Assembly: GCF_018977255.1 (NCBI RefSeq)
Contig: NW_024704743.1
Span: 26,910,001 to 26,974,000, forward strand
DNA: 64,000 nt
Direction: 5' to 3'
Source of the DNA: Callorhinchus milii
Taxonomy: Eukaryota
Part shown: positions 1 to 13,388 of the stretch, in pieces
Layout: each line of letters begins with the position of its first letter
Numbering within the stretch: position 1 is the first letter of the stretch
Made by a program: the position numbers and the translations under genes
The notes under the pieces: model-generated
Databases searched by the model: none
Told to the model about the DNA's origin: nothing
What the model saw: the letters and a program-made list of their open reading frames with translations, nothing else

Positions 1-317
1 TAATAATAATCCTTGCATCTGATATAGCGCTTTTCACATCTTCTCAACGTCTCAAAGTGCTTCAAAGAATAGACTGTAAAGTGAATTGACCGTATATTTG
101 TGGGCAAAACACGGCAGCCAATTGCATACAGCAGTGTCCTACAAACAGTCGTGGATTGAAAATGACCAATTTTATTATTTTTTTTTGCTTTTTGGAGGGA
201 TTATTATTAGGCGTGTGGAGCAAGGAAACTTGCCCAAGGTTTCACCCTGCCTGGAATTGAACCCAGGTGTCTCGCTTGCAAGGCGAGTGCTCTAACCACT
301 GAGCTACAGGACTCCAC
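1..317 (-). mobile_element. tRNA-Ala-derived SINE, short variant
   Basis: Reverse complement starts GTGGAGTCCTGTAGCTCAGTGGTTAGAGCACTCGCCTTGCAAGCGAG (A box, TGC anticodon-like loop, GTTCAATTCC B box) and ends ...AAATGCAAGG-like + (ATT)n. Confidence 0.9.
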
Positions 318-2384
318 TAACAAGACAATAGCAAACAAGACAAAATACACTCAATAGATATGTAGTATTATAATAATAATCCTTGCATTTTATATAGCAC
401 CTTTCACGTCTGGCGGACATATCAAAGTACTTCACAGGATATATTGTGAATTGTTGTCTCTGTGTATTTTTAAAATTACATTCAATAATGGGAGGAGGCT
501 GGACAGTTTAGTGTTTGCACCTGAGCTGGGAGTGGGAGCAGCGGGTGGGAGGGTATCATGGTGAGTGGGGAACGATGGCTGAAAGCGCAGATTTAACTTT
601 TATTGAGAGCTTGTTTCACATTGCTGTATTCTATGGGAATATAAAATCTTCTATCTCCATTCTTGCTCGAGGTTTTAACAATTTTAAGCCTATGTCCTTG
701 AACTGTAGAGTTCTGCTCTTATAATTAACGTCAGAAAGTTTACTTATTGCCACATCATTTTAGAGACCTTTATCATGTATCATACCCTGATCCCAAAGGC
801 TTGTCTTCTTCCTTCTAATGAGAACAATATGAAAGCTTTATAAGCCTCTCCTCATAACTCAGAGCTTCAAATCACAACGTCATCTCTGTTGCTCTTCTCT
901 GATACTTTCTAATGTGCAAATACATTTTAAAGATATGGTCCAACACTTCGCATTCCAGGGTGCTATCACCAGTTTAGATTAGGATACAAGGTTAGAATTA
1001 TATCTTTGAAATTATAGTCAATGCGTCATACACACCTCCATAGGGATATGTCTTTCAATACTGCCGAATAATGCCTTTTTTAATCACAATACATCAAGGA
1101 GAATCTATAATAAATCAATTTAGCCATAAGTATTATGGTGTAAAATTAGATTTTTGTGTGATTACAAAATTCATTGACTTATCAACATACAGAATACATT
1201 TTGTGCCTTGCTTTAATTAAGCGTCAGATTTGATGCATTATTCCATCACATTCTATCACACAATATACAGTCAATTTACTTTACAGTATATTCTGTTTTG
1301 AGATACATCAAAGATGTGATAAGGCGCTACATCAAATGCAAGAAATATTATTATATATTATTAAGTGAAAGTATTATTTACATCATATAATGCAGTTTAA
1401 ATTTATGTGGCACATTTCATGTTGGAAGGACATCTCCAAAAACATTACACAACTGGGTGGGAACCCGGGTTTTGGGGGAAAGGAGAGCTGAAGAGGGTGG
1501 TGGTGGGGGTGGGGGGAGAAGATTACAAAAAGCATGGTCAACGAGATAACTTACAAAAGTGGGGAAGAGAGGGCAATGTGGAGGGACACCAGGATAGAAT
1601 TCCAAAGAGCGGAGGGAAAATGGCTGAAAATCACTTCCAGCAACGCAAAACACCCTTAGCACTTCAATGGCGTGTTAGCCTAAGGTTCAAGTTCTGATGT
1701 GGGGCTTGAACCCACAATCTTCAAGGAACAGGCAGAAAAATGTGATTAGAGTGAATGGCTTCTTGAAAGAACAAATACCAACACATAATAATGGACCAAA
1801 TGGCCTCCTCCTACTATATCATACATTTCTGTAGTGTATTCGACGATCTAGGAATCCTGTTAAAATACACACTTCTATTAGAATAGAATAGAATTGAATA
1901 TATACTTATGTTATTATTCTGTAACAAGAATAAGATAATATTAGGCATTCTGTATAACAATGAAAGTAAGAGAAATGACAATTGGAAACTATGAAGAGAA
2001 TAAATCAGACTGGATTTAAACTCACATGCGACAATCTCACCACGGGCCAAGTAGACTCAACTGAAAGAACAATAATTTCTAAACAGAAACACTTAAGCAA
2101 CAAAACATCTTTACAGGTAACAGGAGATGTGTTCCTTTTTAATTAATTAACAAGGGGATATCTCTGGTAGTCATAGCTCCAAGCAAATGAATTGAGATCC
2201 TTTTAGACTCGTCTCCTCCCTTTCCATTTTCAAAACCCCCTTCAAAATTTACCTTTATTTACCTTTATGACCGTGCAATCTTCTCCCCCGGATGTCTCTT
2301 TGACCAACCTCAGCCACCTTGAATCCCACCCCTAGATCCCCTGAACTCTGGCTCCCAGTCAGTTTTGGGCAATGTTGTGAGATA

Positions 2385-2758
2385 ATAATAATCCTTATAT
2401 TTGATATAGCGTGTTATCAGTTTTCGAGACATCTCAAAGCTCTTCACAGAATATACTGTAAAGCGAATTGACAATATTTTTGTGGGCGAAACGCAGCAAC
2501 TTGCATGCAGCAGTGTCCCACAAACAGTCGTGGATTGAAGTGACCAATTTATTATTATTATTTTTGAAGGAATTATTACCCCCGGAAAAGCGATCTGCCA
2601 ATCGACTAACAACAGGTTTCCTACTTACTGGTAACAGGTAAACAGAGGCATGTGTGTGGACAAAGGCAACTTGCCCAACATTTCACCCTGCCCGGGCATC
2701 GAACCCAGGTCCTCTTGCTTGTGCGGCGAGTGCTCTCAACACTAAGCTACAGGACACT
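2385..2758 (-). mobile_element. tRNA-Ala-derived SINE, long variant
   Basis: Same head and tail as the short variant, plus an internal CTCTGTTTACC..AGTAAGTAGGAAACC..GTTAGTCGATTGGC segment. Confidence 0.85.
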
Positions 2759-3587
2759 AAGACATGTTCTCCCAATACGAAAGTTGCTGCATAAATGTAA
2801 ATTGTTATTTTTAAATGCCCCCAACCTGCTCTGCTTTAACAGCCACCCTGGTAAATCATTCCTGAATCTGACAATTCTTGGGAAGAAGTTTTTATGAACC
2901 ACTTGTTTTGCTTCCTTGTCATCATTTTGAGTTCATGTCCTCTTGTCTTGATAGTGCTGAACTGGAGTGCCTATCGGTCTTCTGTTTACCATAGTTAAAA
3001 ATATTCCATTAGAAACACTGAATTCCATTTGAAAAAAGCATCTAGTGCTTATTAAGGGACATGATGTTGCATTTGAATTAATTTTGATTTCAGCATGAAA
3101 GTCATCGAAAGCTGTTTATGGTTTCCAAAGCTGTGGTAAGACTTTTCTTTATCAGATGACAACAGTAGTCAGGGATTGAGCCAGTCATGATGGGCCCACT
3201 ATACTTTAAAGGGTTCCCCTACCCCCAGTGAAGTACCCCTTGTTTAAAAGAGGCTCTCGAAGATTTTATCAAAAAAAATCTGAGGCAATGTACATTTCTG
3301 CTCTGTATCCTTTCTGAGTCATAATAATTTTGTTATAATAATAGGAGTTTAAGGCTGCTGGTTTGTGAATATCATGCATTAGAAAATGCATATATAGATG
3401 AGTCAAAAAATGGAATATGCAATTGGAGTTATAATGACTAGATAGCTGGAAGAGCATCACAGTGACTAGCAAGAACTCTGCTCCAATTGAACGAGAAATT
3501 TTGTGGCTCCAGTTGTATTTTTGACTCTGATATGGATCTTCCCAATGAAAGCAGGACTAAATCTAATTCATGTGCCAACCTAACTCA

Positions 3588-4020
3588 GGTAGTAGCACTC
3601 TCGCCTCTGATTCAGAAGGATGTGGGTTCAAGCCCCACATCTGGATTTGAACTCACAGTATAGGCTGGCACTCCAATCCCGTGCTGCATTGTATGGTATG
3701 CTGCATTGCTAGGGGTGCCAACCTGTGAATGAAACGTTAAACAGTGGTCCCATCTGCCTGTTCAAGTAAATGTTTAAGATCCCGTAGTGCTACTCAAAAA
3801 AGAGAAGGGAGTTTCTCCCTATGTCCTCGCCGACAGTCCCCCAATAAAATTGATCTTTTACTTCATGTCTGTTTGTGAGACATTGCTATGGGAAAATTGG
3901 CTGCCGCAATGGCCAACTAATATACAGTCACTACACATTACAGCATATCCTATGAAGTGTTTCTTGATATCTCGACAATGTGATAAGGAATTATACCAAA
4001 TGCAAAGATTAGTATTATTT
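3588..4020 (+). mobile_element. Deu-domain SINE (SacSINE1/AmnSINE1-like)
   Basis: tRNA-like head GCACTCTCGCCTCTGATTCAGAAGG..GGGTTCAAGCCC; central GAATGAAACGTTAAAC..CCCATCTGCCTGTTCA..AAGATCCC..GGGAGTTTCTCCC resembles the Deu domain; shared SINE tail. Confidence 0.75.
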
Positions 4021-5119
4021 GTACAGCACTATTAGAGTTGAATTGGTGTTAACATATCAAATCAGAGCTAAAATGTGTTATAAATTCAGCTCACTTGAAC
4101 TGAATTTGACAGAATTTCTCTGGATACCATCTGTTTAAACCACGGGGAGGGCCCACATGATTTCAACCTTCCAGAAAACTAACTGCACAATCTTCTCGTT
4201 ACAGCATCAAGCTGAGTAGGACTCTTAAATCTTAAATGAATTCTGTTTCCTGGTTTCACCCACACTTCTTGCTAACTTGTCCAGCTGTTGATCAGTCTTT
4301 GTGTGAATACTGAGTCTTCTCAGTATATATCCTAAAATAGTTAAGATCCACTAACCTCTACTCCAGCTGATGCTGCATTTTTCTCACATGTCCAATTTGG
4401 AAAGAACCCCTTGGGGATGATCAATGCTCAGTTCCTGAACTGTATTAGAACAACGAAATTTAAATTATTCAGTAAAAACCTTTAGAGCTGTTTGATGACT
4501 CATAGCTCCCTCCATGGTTGGATGTGATGTATGTTGAAAGCAAAAAGTCCATAAGGCAATTATGCACAAATCATTTAACTAAGCATTGGGAAGGGTTATC
4601 TTGTTCATTAACTTAAAACATTTAATATATGTGATGAAATTAATGCAAGTAATAAAATTACATTGATCCTTATAGCTAGCATAGGTTCTGTTGTGTGTTA
4701 AGTGTAGCATAAACTTGGGTTTGATAGTTTTGAAGGGTATAATAAAAGCTCCTTAGAATGCACTAAGATGAAATTAGATGATCTAAATGGGAGGGCAGTT
4801 GTGAGGGGGGGTTGAAAAGTGATAGAAGTATGACTCGTTTGTAAGCTGGATGATCACCACTGGGGCACTGGCTAAATAAATAAACCAATGCCTCTGAGAA
4901 AATAAAATGTCTGGCGTAAAACATATTTTCTGAATAATTAAATATGAAATTCTGACTTTAAGCCATCAAAATGTTCTTTCCTTCAATTAATTGCATAATA
5001 AATCAATGCATAAAGTACTGTCATTAAACAGACAGTTAATATACTGCTTCGTGGTACGTGTTGGAGAATACCCTTTTTCATGAATAAGAGTCCTGCATGT
5101 GAAAGGAGGCTTCATCACA

Positions 5120-6220
5120 AGATTGGTATGGATGAAGAAGCCCATCCAACCTCATCTTCACCCTACTGTTCCCCCATCAAGCTGCTTTTTAAGTGAGTTC
5201 AGTGTCCTGGTCTCTGCCACATTTTCGACAACCTATTCCAATTGTTGATTCCTCTCTCAGTAAAGAAAAACGTGCTGGTACCAGTTCTGAGGTTGCTCTT
5301 TACAACTCAAAACCAAGGTTTTTTTGTTCTTCTGTCATGATACATCCAAGATTATTGATCTGAGTTTACTTTTACAATCCTATTCGAAATTGTATACACC
5401 TTCATGAGGACCACTTGGAGTCATCTTCTCTGAAGACTGAAGAGGCCTAGCTTGTCTAGTGGTTGCTCATAGCTCATTCCTCTAACACTGGAGATTATCC
5501 TCATTGCTTTCCTCTGCATTGCCTCTAGGATCTAAACAGCCCCCTTATGTCATGGTCATTCAGAACTGATTGTAATATTTAATGTGGGGTCAGAGCACTA
5601 TACATTCTCAGAATTACATCTGGAGATCTGTGGAGTCCTGTAGCTCATTGGTTAGAGCACTCACCTTGCAAGCGAGACACCTGAGTTCAATTCCCAGCAG
5701 GACGAAACCTTGGGCAAGTTTCCTTACTCCACATGCCTAATAATAATCCCTCCAAATAAAACACAATAATAAATTGTTCATTTTCAATCCACGACTGTTT
5801 ATGAGACACTGCTGTGCGCAATTGGCTGCCGCGTTTCGGCCACAAATATACGGTCAATTCACTTTATAGCATATTCTGTGAAGCGCTTTGAGACGTCGAG
5901 AAGATGTGAAAAGCACTATATCAAATGCAAGGATTATTATTATTATTATCATTATTATTATTACTATAATCGGAACTCAATTGATTTAGCAAATTAGCCC
6001 TTGATCCTGTTTACCTTGTTTATTGCTGCCTCTCACATTGTTTTAACATAGTGAGCGACAAGTCAATTAACACCCCTAGATCTCTTTTAGCTTCCCCCTT
6101 GGCGAGTTCAATCCCATCCATAGAATATTTTTGTTTCCTATTCTTGTATCTTGTATCTTGTGGTACCTTACATTTATCAGTGTTAACCTTCGTGACTGTA
6201 GCATATTTTAAGTGCTCTTG
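5120..6220 (-). mobile_element. Old CR1 LINE 3' fragment, interrupted by a SINE
   Basis: Minus ORF 6020-6223 contains the CR1-type RT C-terminus (NTDKCKV...KRDLGVLID). The 3' part at about 5120-5620 resembles other CR1 3' ends in the window. Confidence 0.7.
5630..5965 (+). mobile_element. tRNA-Ala-derived SINE, short variant
   Basis: GTGGAGTCCTGTAGCTCATTGGTTAGAGCACTCACCTTGCAAGCGAG head through an (ATT)n tail; inserted within the CR1. Confidence 0.9.
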
Positions 6221-8329
6221 CAATAATAGTGTTTTTTAATTAAATTCTGTCAGTAAGGCATTTTAGTGTAAACATAACACGAACTTTGCTTTGGAAATAA
6301 ATCTGTAAATTTCTCCTATGGTTTTGACAAACTAATTGGTTTGATGCTACTATTTGTTTACTTGGAAATGTAAAGCAATTTTGATTTCTGATTTGTTCAC
6401 GTTATACCAGCATTATGGGGTCAAAAGTAAGATGTTTTAGCCCTAATACTTTTGAAAGGTGCGGAAGGTGACATTCTCATTACTGTTGTTGACTTGTTCT
6501 CCCTTCTTGTTCCTACAAAGCTTGTTCCAATTCTTAATTACAACAACAACAAACAACAACTTGGATTTATATAGTGCCCTCCAAGCCGGATGGCGTCTCA
6601 GAGCGCTTCACAATAGTAAAGTCAAAGTATGAAAAAGGCCTGTCAGCAAAAGGCTAATTGGAAACAGTTTTATTATTTGTTGCCTTCTTTTTTGAGTTTA
6701 CATTTTGTAAAGTGACAGCATTATGCCTAATATTTTGTGAGTGTTTCACCCACTTTATAATATATCCATTGAAGTGCTTTGAGATGTCTAAACGGTGTGA
6801 TAAAGCGCTATATCAAATCCAAGGATTATTAATATTATTAAAATCAGGAGAAAATTCCAAGTTTGATAAAAAGCCAGACTGTGGCTCGGTTGGAGCAAAA
6901 AAGCTAAAAATCATGTCCATCTTGAGAGATAGGTTTGATTTTTTTTTACCTGCAATGTGCAGCTACTGAAATAACCAATAGCATTTTCAGTATCAAGTTG
7001 CTGCTATGAATGATACAAAGAAGTTATTTGATGCCAGGGCAGTTGAGGGCATAGTTATGTCTGCAGAGACAAGACTACAGCTTTGTATTGGTTTACAACT
7101 GTCATTGGACATAGTTAGAAAGCAAAAATGCAGTATCGACTTAACTTCTTCCTTCGTTTGGATTACACGCCCAGCACTAAGTGATCCAATGCCAATCATA
7201 TATCTCCTTTACTGGGATAAATATATCACCAAATAGGATGAAAGTATTATATATATCTCTGGCCTCCCCAAAATATTGTACATGCACTGCTCCTTCAGAG
7301 ATTGACTCGGTCATATACTTCATGATTTATTCAGCAGAACAAGGAAGCTGGATAATAATTTTCAGTTAATAAAGGTTCAAAAAGAAGCAGACATTTCTAT
7401 TAATATGGAAGTGCAATACCAGCTGACATGACATGTTTTTACCAACAGTGTAGAAATCCCTATGGCTTTACAAAATGTCACACTGTGGACTACTTTTACG
7501 AGAAGTGTATTATTGTCTTAGTAGAGAATAGATGCTGGGATTCTGTCTATAGAGAAACTCTTGTTCATAACTGTAATTATCAAGGATGTGGCTCTCAAGC
7601 ATCTTGTACTGTAATTTCAAAGGTTTATTGCTTTTTCCCATTAGATTCAAAATGTCCTGAGGCAATTGCTCTGTAACACATGAGTGCCTTTTGCAGCATT
7701 CTATATGAGACACAGACCAAGGAAATTCAGCAGATGAATAATGAAATGATTGCATGTTTTGCAGCAGATGCGAAAACTTGAATTATGCTGAGCTTACATA
7801 TTGGCCTCAATAATATTGGAATTACTTTTCTTAAGGTATAACATTTATGAAGTTTCCCCGCAATATTCTGAAAATTACATGCTCTTCTTTATTTGGTTCC
7901 CAAAGCTGCACTGAAAGATAACTTGATTGAACAATGTCAGCTGCGTTGTTTCTCAATGTGTTTTTTTTCAAAAGAGAAAATAAAAACATAAAGACACATT
8001 AAATATTATTATTGTTTCTTTATTCAAATGTGACTGGATCACCCAAACACCCACATCCTCTATCATGGTTCTTGTCAAACATGTAAATAACATTAACATG
8101 CCCCCCCAAAATCTGCTTTTGTATGTAATATTCAGCGTCAAGTCACACAATGCTCTGGTACAGTCACCGCAGGGAATAATTCCCATTAGGTTTATTCTTC
8201 CAACTTTTCCTGATCTCCATGATGGATAGCACTGGAGGAGTGCAAACAACTGTGGAATTTTATCCCAGGCGGAGAAAGGCGAGGTAAAATTAGTCTCAAC
8301 ACTTCCAAAGTAAGGTGCTGTTCTTTATA

Positions 8330-8364
<35 letters not shown>

Positions 8365-8952
8365 AATCGTTGCATTTGATATAGGGCTTTTCACGTCTTC
8401 TAGATGAATAGAAAGTACAGTGGATGCTATCACAAACTTTGAGCCTGATTCTGTCCCTATCCAACATCCAAGCATTTCCAGCAGAAGTCACCGCTAGTCA
8501 ATTGTAATTGTTTGAACATCTATATCTATAGTTTAATCCCACTTTAAGACCCACCTCTTCAACTGTGCCTTTGGTTACCTCACCCTTCTCCTTTGCTCTT
8601 CTTCCAACCCAAAACAAAAAAAAGACTGAATTGAGTTGGAACTGTGGGGGTGTTGGGATGACATGATATTAATTTTTAATTCATTAGTTCCTTTGACTTT
8701 CATTCCCCTCTTCCTTGCTATACTTGCAAAATCCCTCTTCCTTTTGCCAACATAAGCCTTTTCCTCATAGATACATGCACAATATCCTCCACTTTTTCTG
8801 CCAGTTGTTATCCCCATTTACACGTGTCCTCATCCTCCTTGTGCTCACCTGGAAGGTGATCTAGAGTGACATAAGACCCACGTAAAAATTTTGACTGGTG
8901 TGGCGCATGTTTCTGTGCCCTCTACATCCATAGGCCTCTCTGCCTTTTTTGA

Positions 8953-9350
8953 TAATAATAGTCCTTGTATTTGATATAGCTCCTTATTACATCTTCGAAG
9001 CAACAACAACAAATTACATTTGTACAGAACCCATCACGTTGGGAGGATGTTCCAGAGCACTTCACAGAATATACTGTAAAGTGAATTGACTATGTACTTT
9101 GTGAGCGAATCGTGGCAACCAATTGTTCACAGCAGTGTCCCACAAACAGTCGTGGATTGAGTGACCAAATTATTATTGTTATTTTTTTAGGGGATTATTA
9201 CCCTCAGAAAAGTGATACACCAATTGACCAACAACTGGGTTTCTAATTATGGCTAGGTAAGCAGAAGCATGTGGAGTAAAGAAACTTGCCTAAGGTTTCA
9301 CCTGGCCTGGGAATCGAACAAAGGTAGTCTCGCTTGCACTGCAGGACATT
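8953..9350 (-). mobile_element. tRNA-Ala-derived SINE, long variant, with an L2-type tail nested at about 9001-9060
   Basis: SINE body and partial head (GTCTCGCTTGCA). CAACAACAACAAATTACATT..CACGTTGGGAGGATG is inserted in the tail. Confidence 0.75.
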
Positions 9351-9837
9351 ATCTTCTGCTTTCCTCATATGCTTACCCCAGTTGGGAGAGTGGTGAGGTA
9401 CAATTAGTCTCAACACTCTCAGAGTCTTTGTGCTGCTTTTAAAGTTCATGTCAGCAAGAGCTGATTGGAACCTCCAACCTAGAGGCTAAAAAAAAAGGTG
9501 AAGCCACCGTGTGTGGATCCAACATTATTTTCTGGTAGTTTGAACAATGTATCAGCAGTCAACAATTCCCCAATGTTTCCTTCCAGCCTTCGCTTTGTCT
9601 TCAGTGAGGAGCTGGAGCATGAAATATAGGCTGCTTGTCTGGAGGAACAGTTTGGAAACAATCCTGACCTTTACTGAGCTGTAGGTCGATGGTGGCAAAC
9701 CTGGCACACACTTGAGTGAAGAGTAAGCTTTACCTCCAATTTTAAACAGTTTCACATCACAGGTGTTAAGTTTAATGTTCAGCAATATTGTTTATTGTGC
9801 AGTTTCACAAACTACGAGGAGCTTAATGAATAGTGTG

Positions 9838-10170
9838 AAGTCCCGTAGCGTAGTGGTTCACTTGCCTCGCAGGTAAGGGAACTCAGGTTCGATTCACGGG
9901 CAGGACAAAACTGTAGGCAATTTTCCTTACTCCACACTCCACATGCAGTAAGTAGGAACCTGTTTGTTAGTGAATTGGCGGATGGCTTTCCTTGGGGTAA
10001 TAATCTCTTCTCCCCCCACGCCCCCAAAAAAGAATCGTTCACTCAATCCATGATTGTTTGTGAGACTTTGCTGTATGCAATTAGTTGATGCATTTCGGGT
10101 ATAAAATAGTCAATCCACTTTACAATATATATTCTGTGAAGCACTTTGAGACATCTCAATGACGTAACAA
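9838..10170 (+). mobile_element. tRNA-Ala-derived SINE, long variant (diverged)
   Basis: Head GTCCCGTAGCGTAGTGGTT..GGTTCGATTC, internal AGTAAGTAGGAACC segment, shared SINE body. Confidence 0.8.
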
Positions 10171-11371
10171 GAATCATGTTGTAAAGGATGTATCTCCACT
10201 AAAATAGTAGACAAGTAAATTAATCCTAGATGCCTGCTGCTATCTTCCTCTGTAACTGACCACCAGCAAGTGCAAGTAAAGATCTCAGGGTAAGATTACC
10301 CCTGATCCTATGTGTAAGGGTATAACTTCAATTCTTAGCTGCTCACAGTGGCACAACTTAAAGTTTGAATTCACCTGTTGGGGAATGGCCATTGCAGACG
10401 CATGGTCTGTCACTATCAAGATGCAACACAGTGTGACTGCTGCCCTCGGGTTATTTTATTCAGTGAAGCAGCTCAGTGGCACAAATGGAACAGTTCTACC
10501 GTAGCTAGAAGCAGTAAATCCGAAAATCTGAGTCTGGATTACAGCAAAGCCATGTCTCAGCATAAGTGAGGAAATGCATTTCCTTTCACTCTTAGAATTA
10601 ACAACCAATTTAGCCAGACTTCTGAGAGGATGTGGCACATAACTTGCACATCCAATTCCAACAGAAGGATGGTATTATTCAGCTAAAAACAGGCACTGTA
10701 GCCATGTCCTTGCAATCTTTCAACTGAAAGCCGATCATATTTTAATAAACTGAAGATTAATGTGATGACGATATTTCTGCGAAATTCATTGCAGCATTGT
10801 ACTGAAGAAAGATTGTTTTTCAGCATGGCAAATGCCGCATTGCTGAAGCAGTTATGAAGTTTGAGCACTCTTTTTCTACAGTATTTCTAATCTGGTGCTA
10901 TAAATAATGCTGAGGTAATCTCATTATTCAAGAGCACAAATTCTAATCAAATGCCCTACCAGTATGAACAATTACCATTGGAAGACTCACGTAACGTTCT
11001 GTGGAGATAAGCACTACAATGGATTTTTTTTATTGTGTAAATTAATATAATTACTTATTTGAATGAATGGATAGGAAGACAGAAAAGCCATTAGCCGCAG
11101 GGTAGCTATGTCCCTCGTTGATTCAGTCGGTCACCCTTGAGACGGAGTGACAGGTCCCTGGTTAAACTGTGTTGCAGAGATAAAGAATCATAAGCTGCTT
11201 AACCAGCAGCTAGTTTTTTTATTTAATCCTGATCCCTTCACCTCAGTGTGGGTGTGTTACATTAAACAATGTAAGGTTCGACCTGACCAGTGTGAGCAAA
11301 GAGCTTCAGTGAGTTTCATCAACACTCTGAACTGGGATATAATTCCAAGCAGCATTGTGTGTCAGTCTGGC

Positions 11372-11812
11372 TTGGCTGCTTGGTTGTAAAGGCACACTTG
11401 CCTTTGAGTCATAAAGGTTGTGGGTTCAAGTCTCGTTTTGTGACTTTGAACTCACAGTCCAATGCATTGCTGGAAGTGTGCTCCATTGGTTGAGGTGCCG
11501 TCCTTTGGATGAAACATTCAACCGAAATCCTGACTGCCTGTTCAAGTGGACATTAAAGATCCCATGGTACTATTTGAAAAATGAATGGAGTTTCTCCTGG
11601 TGTGCTGGGCAACAGTCCCCAAGATAAAATTGATGATTCAATACATGGTTGTTTGTGGGACAATTGTTGTGTGCAAACTGTGTGCCACATTTACCTACAC
11701 ATATATAATTACTACAATTTACCATCAATCTTTTTGAAGCCCTTTAAGACACTCTTCTGATGTGAAAGGAACTATATCAATTGAAAAACTTTTTTATTAT
11801 TATTATTATTAT
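11372..11812 (+). mobile_element. Deu-domain SINE
   Basis: GAGGTGCCGTCCTTTGGATGAAACATTCAACCGA..TGCCTGTTCA..ATTAAAGATCCCATGG..GGAGTTTCTCCTGGTG; tail ends in (ATT)n. Confidence 0.8.
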
Positions 11813-12708
11813 TTAAAATCATTGGCGGTTGAGCTCTGTGTTGATGGTGTATCGGGCATAGGCAATGGCTGGCACAACATATTGTGTAGTACCCTATCAA
11901 GTCATTGAGATAAATCAAAGCTCTTCACAGGATTTCACTGTGAAATGTTGTGACTGTGCATTTGTAGCCATGTTCGCACACAGTGGTGTCCCACAAACAG
12001 CATGAAGTAATAATCAATTTTTTATTTGGATGAACGTTGGCCAGGAAAACAGAAGAAACTCCTCAGTATTCCTGGCCTAACCAACAGCTCACCAAGTCAT
12101 GCCACAGAGGATTGGCTCGATTCCAACATTCCATTGCAAACTATGACACGTTATTGTCATATAATTGGGGCAAAATTTGCGGTATTCCGCTTTCCTTAAT
12201 TAATACAAGAAACATATTAAAGGACGCAGGAATTTCCCCTGAGATAAAACGAGGACAATGATCATACAAAGTTAATTCATAAGCAGTCAAATGACTGAAA
12301 ATGCTGGCTGCAGGAGTGTGGGATGAACAGTACGGTGAGCAAAGGCAAGTCCTTAAATATCAAAACTAGATGTTAATTAAGGGTCAAGAAAATAATTGCG
12401 GTACAGTATTTCTAATCCATTCCTCATGCTAATTAACACAGGGAATCTGTTCAGAAATACCACAAATGTTGCCCATTATTTAAATATTCCACTAATTTCT
12501 TACACAAACAAGTTCACTTTCTATTTTCTTTCAGTATTACATAGACATATACATTTTTTTTGTTTACACTTAACACTGTCAATGAGCCACTTGGATATGA
12601 TGAGAACATACCAGTACACCTTATAATTCTAATCATAATCACAAGGCTGATTGTCCAATTGAATTTTGAGGCAATCTGGTAGATGTGCATCTAAAGTGTC
12701 TATATACA

Positions 12709-13388
12709 CCGGAATGTCGCCAGACTACGGCACTACCTCACCCCTCACGCTGCTGAAACTCTGGTCCACGCCTTTATCACCTCAAGGCTGGACTATGGGA
12801 ACTCTCTCCTCGCCGGCCTTCCCGCCACTTCCCTCCACAAGCTGCAGGTCCTTCAGAACTCTGCAGCTCGTGTACTGTCCCGCACCAGGCTTCGGGACCA
12901 CATCACTCCCACCCTCGCTCGCCTCCACTGGCTCCCCATCCCCCAGAGGATGGAATTCAAAATCCTCATTCTCACCTACAAGGCCATTCACGGCCTCGCT
13001 CTCTCCTACCTCTCTGACCTGGTATCCCCCTACCTACCTGCCCGTACCCTCCGTTCCTCTGGCTCCGGTCTGCTCCACATCCCCCGCCCCAACTGCCCTA
13101 CCATCGGTGGCCGGGCCTTCAGCCTCTCAGCCCCGAGGCTCTGGAACTCTATCCCCCAGTGCCTTCGCCGCCTCCTCCCTTTCCTCCTTCAAGGCCGGTC
13201 TCAAGACCTTTCTCTTTGACCGTGCCTTCAGCTCCCCTCTCGACTCTCTACCCTCTCCTCGCTCCCTCCCTTCCCTCCCCTCACCCTGACCATTACCCCC
13301 GGCTCGGGTCCTGACCCAACTGTCCAGCACCTTGGGACATTCTCCCGACGTGAAAGGCGCTCTATAAATGGAATCTTGTTGTTGTTGT
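12709..13388 (+). mobile_element. Young L2 LINE, 5'-truncated (about 680 bp)
   Basis: ORF2 C-terminus (SRLDYGN..LHWLP..FKILILTYKAIHGL..GGRAFS..APRLWNS), then 3' UTR CCCGACGTGAAAGGCGCTCTATAAATGGAATC(TTG)n. Flanked by TATATACA on both sides. Confidence 0.95.

Noticed and set aside
3094..3135. Possible plus-strand micro-exon (ttttgatttcag|HESHRKLFMVSKAV|gtaaga)
   Set aside because: Good splice signals, but no recognisable homology or linked exons; such matches are expected by chance in 64 kb. RNA-seq would decide.
12666..13289. 200-280 aa Pro/Ser-rich ORFs (also 25027-25900, 51792-52643, 58302-59087)
   Set aside because: Alternative frames of GC-rich L2 ORF2 fragments.
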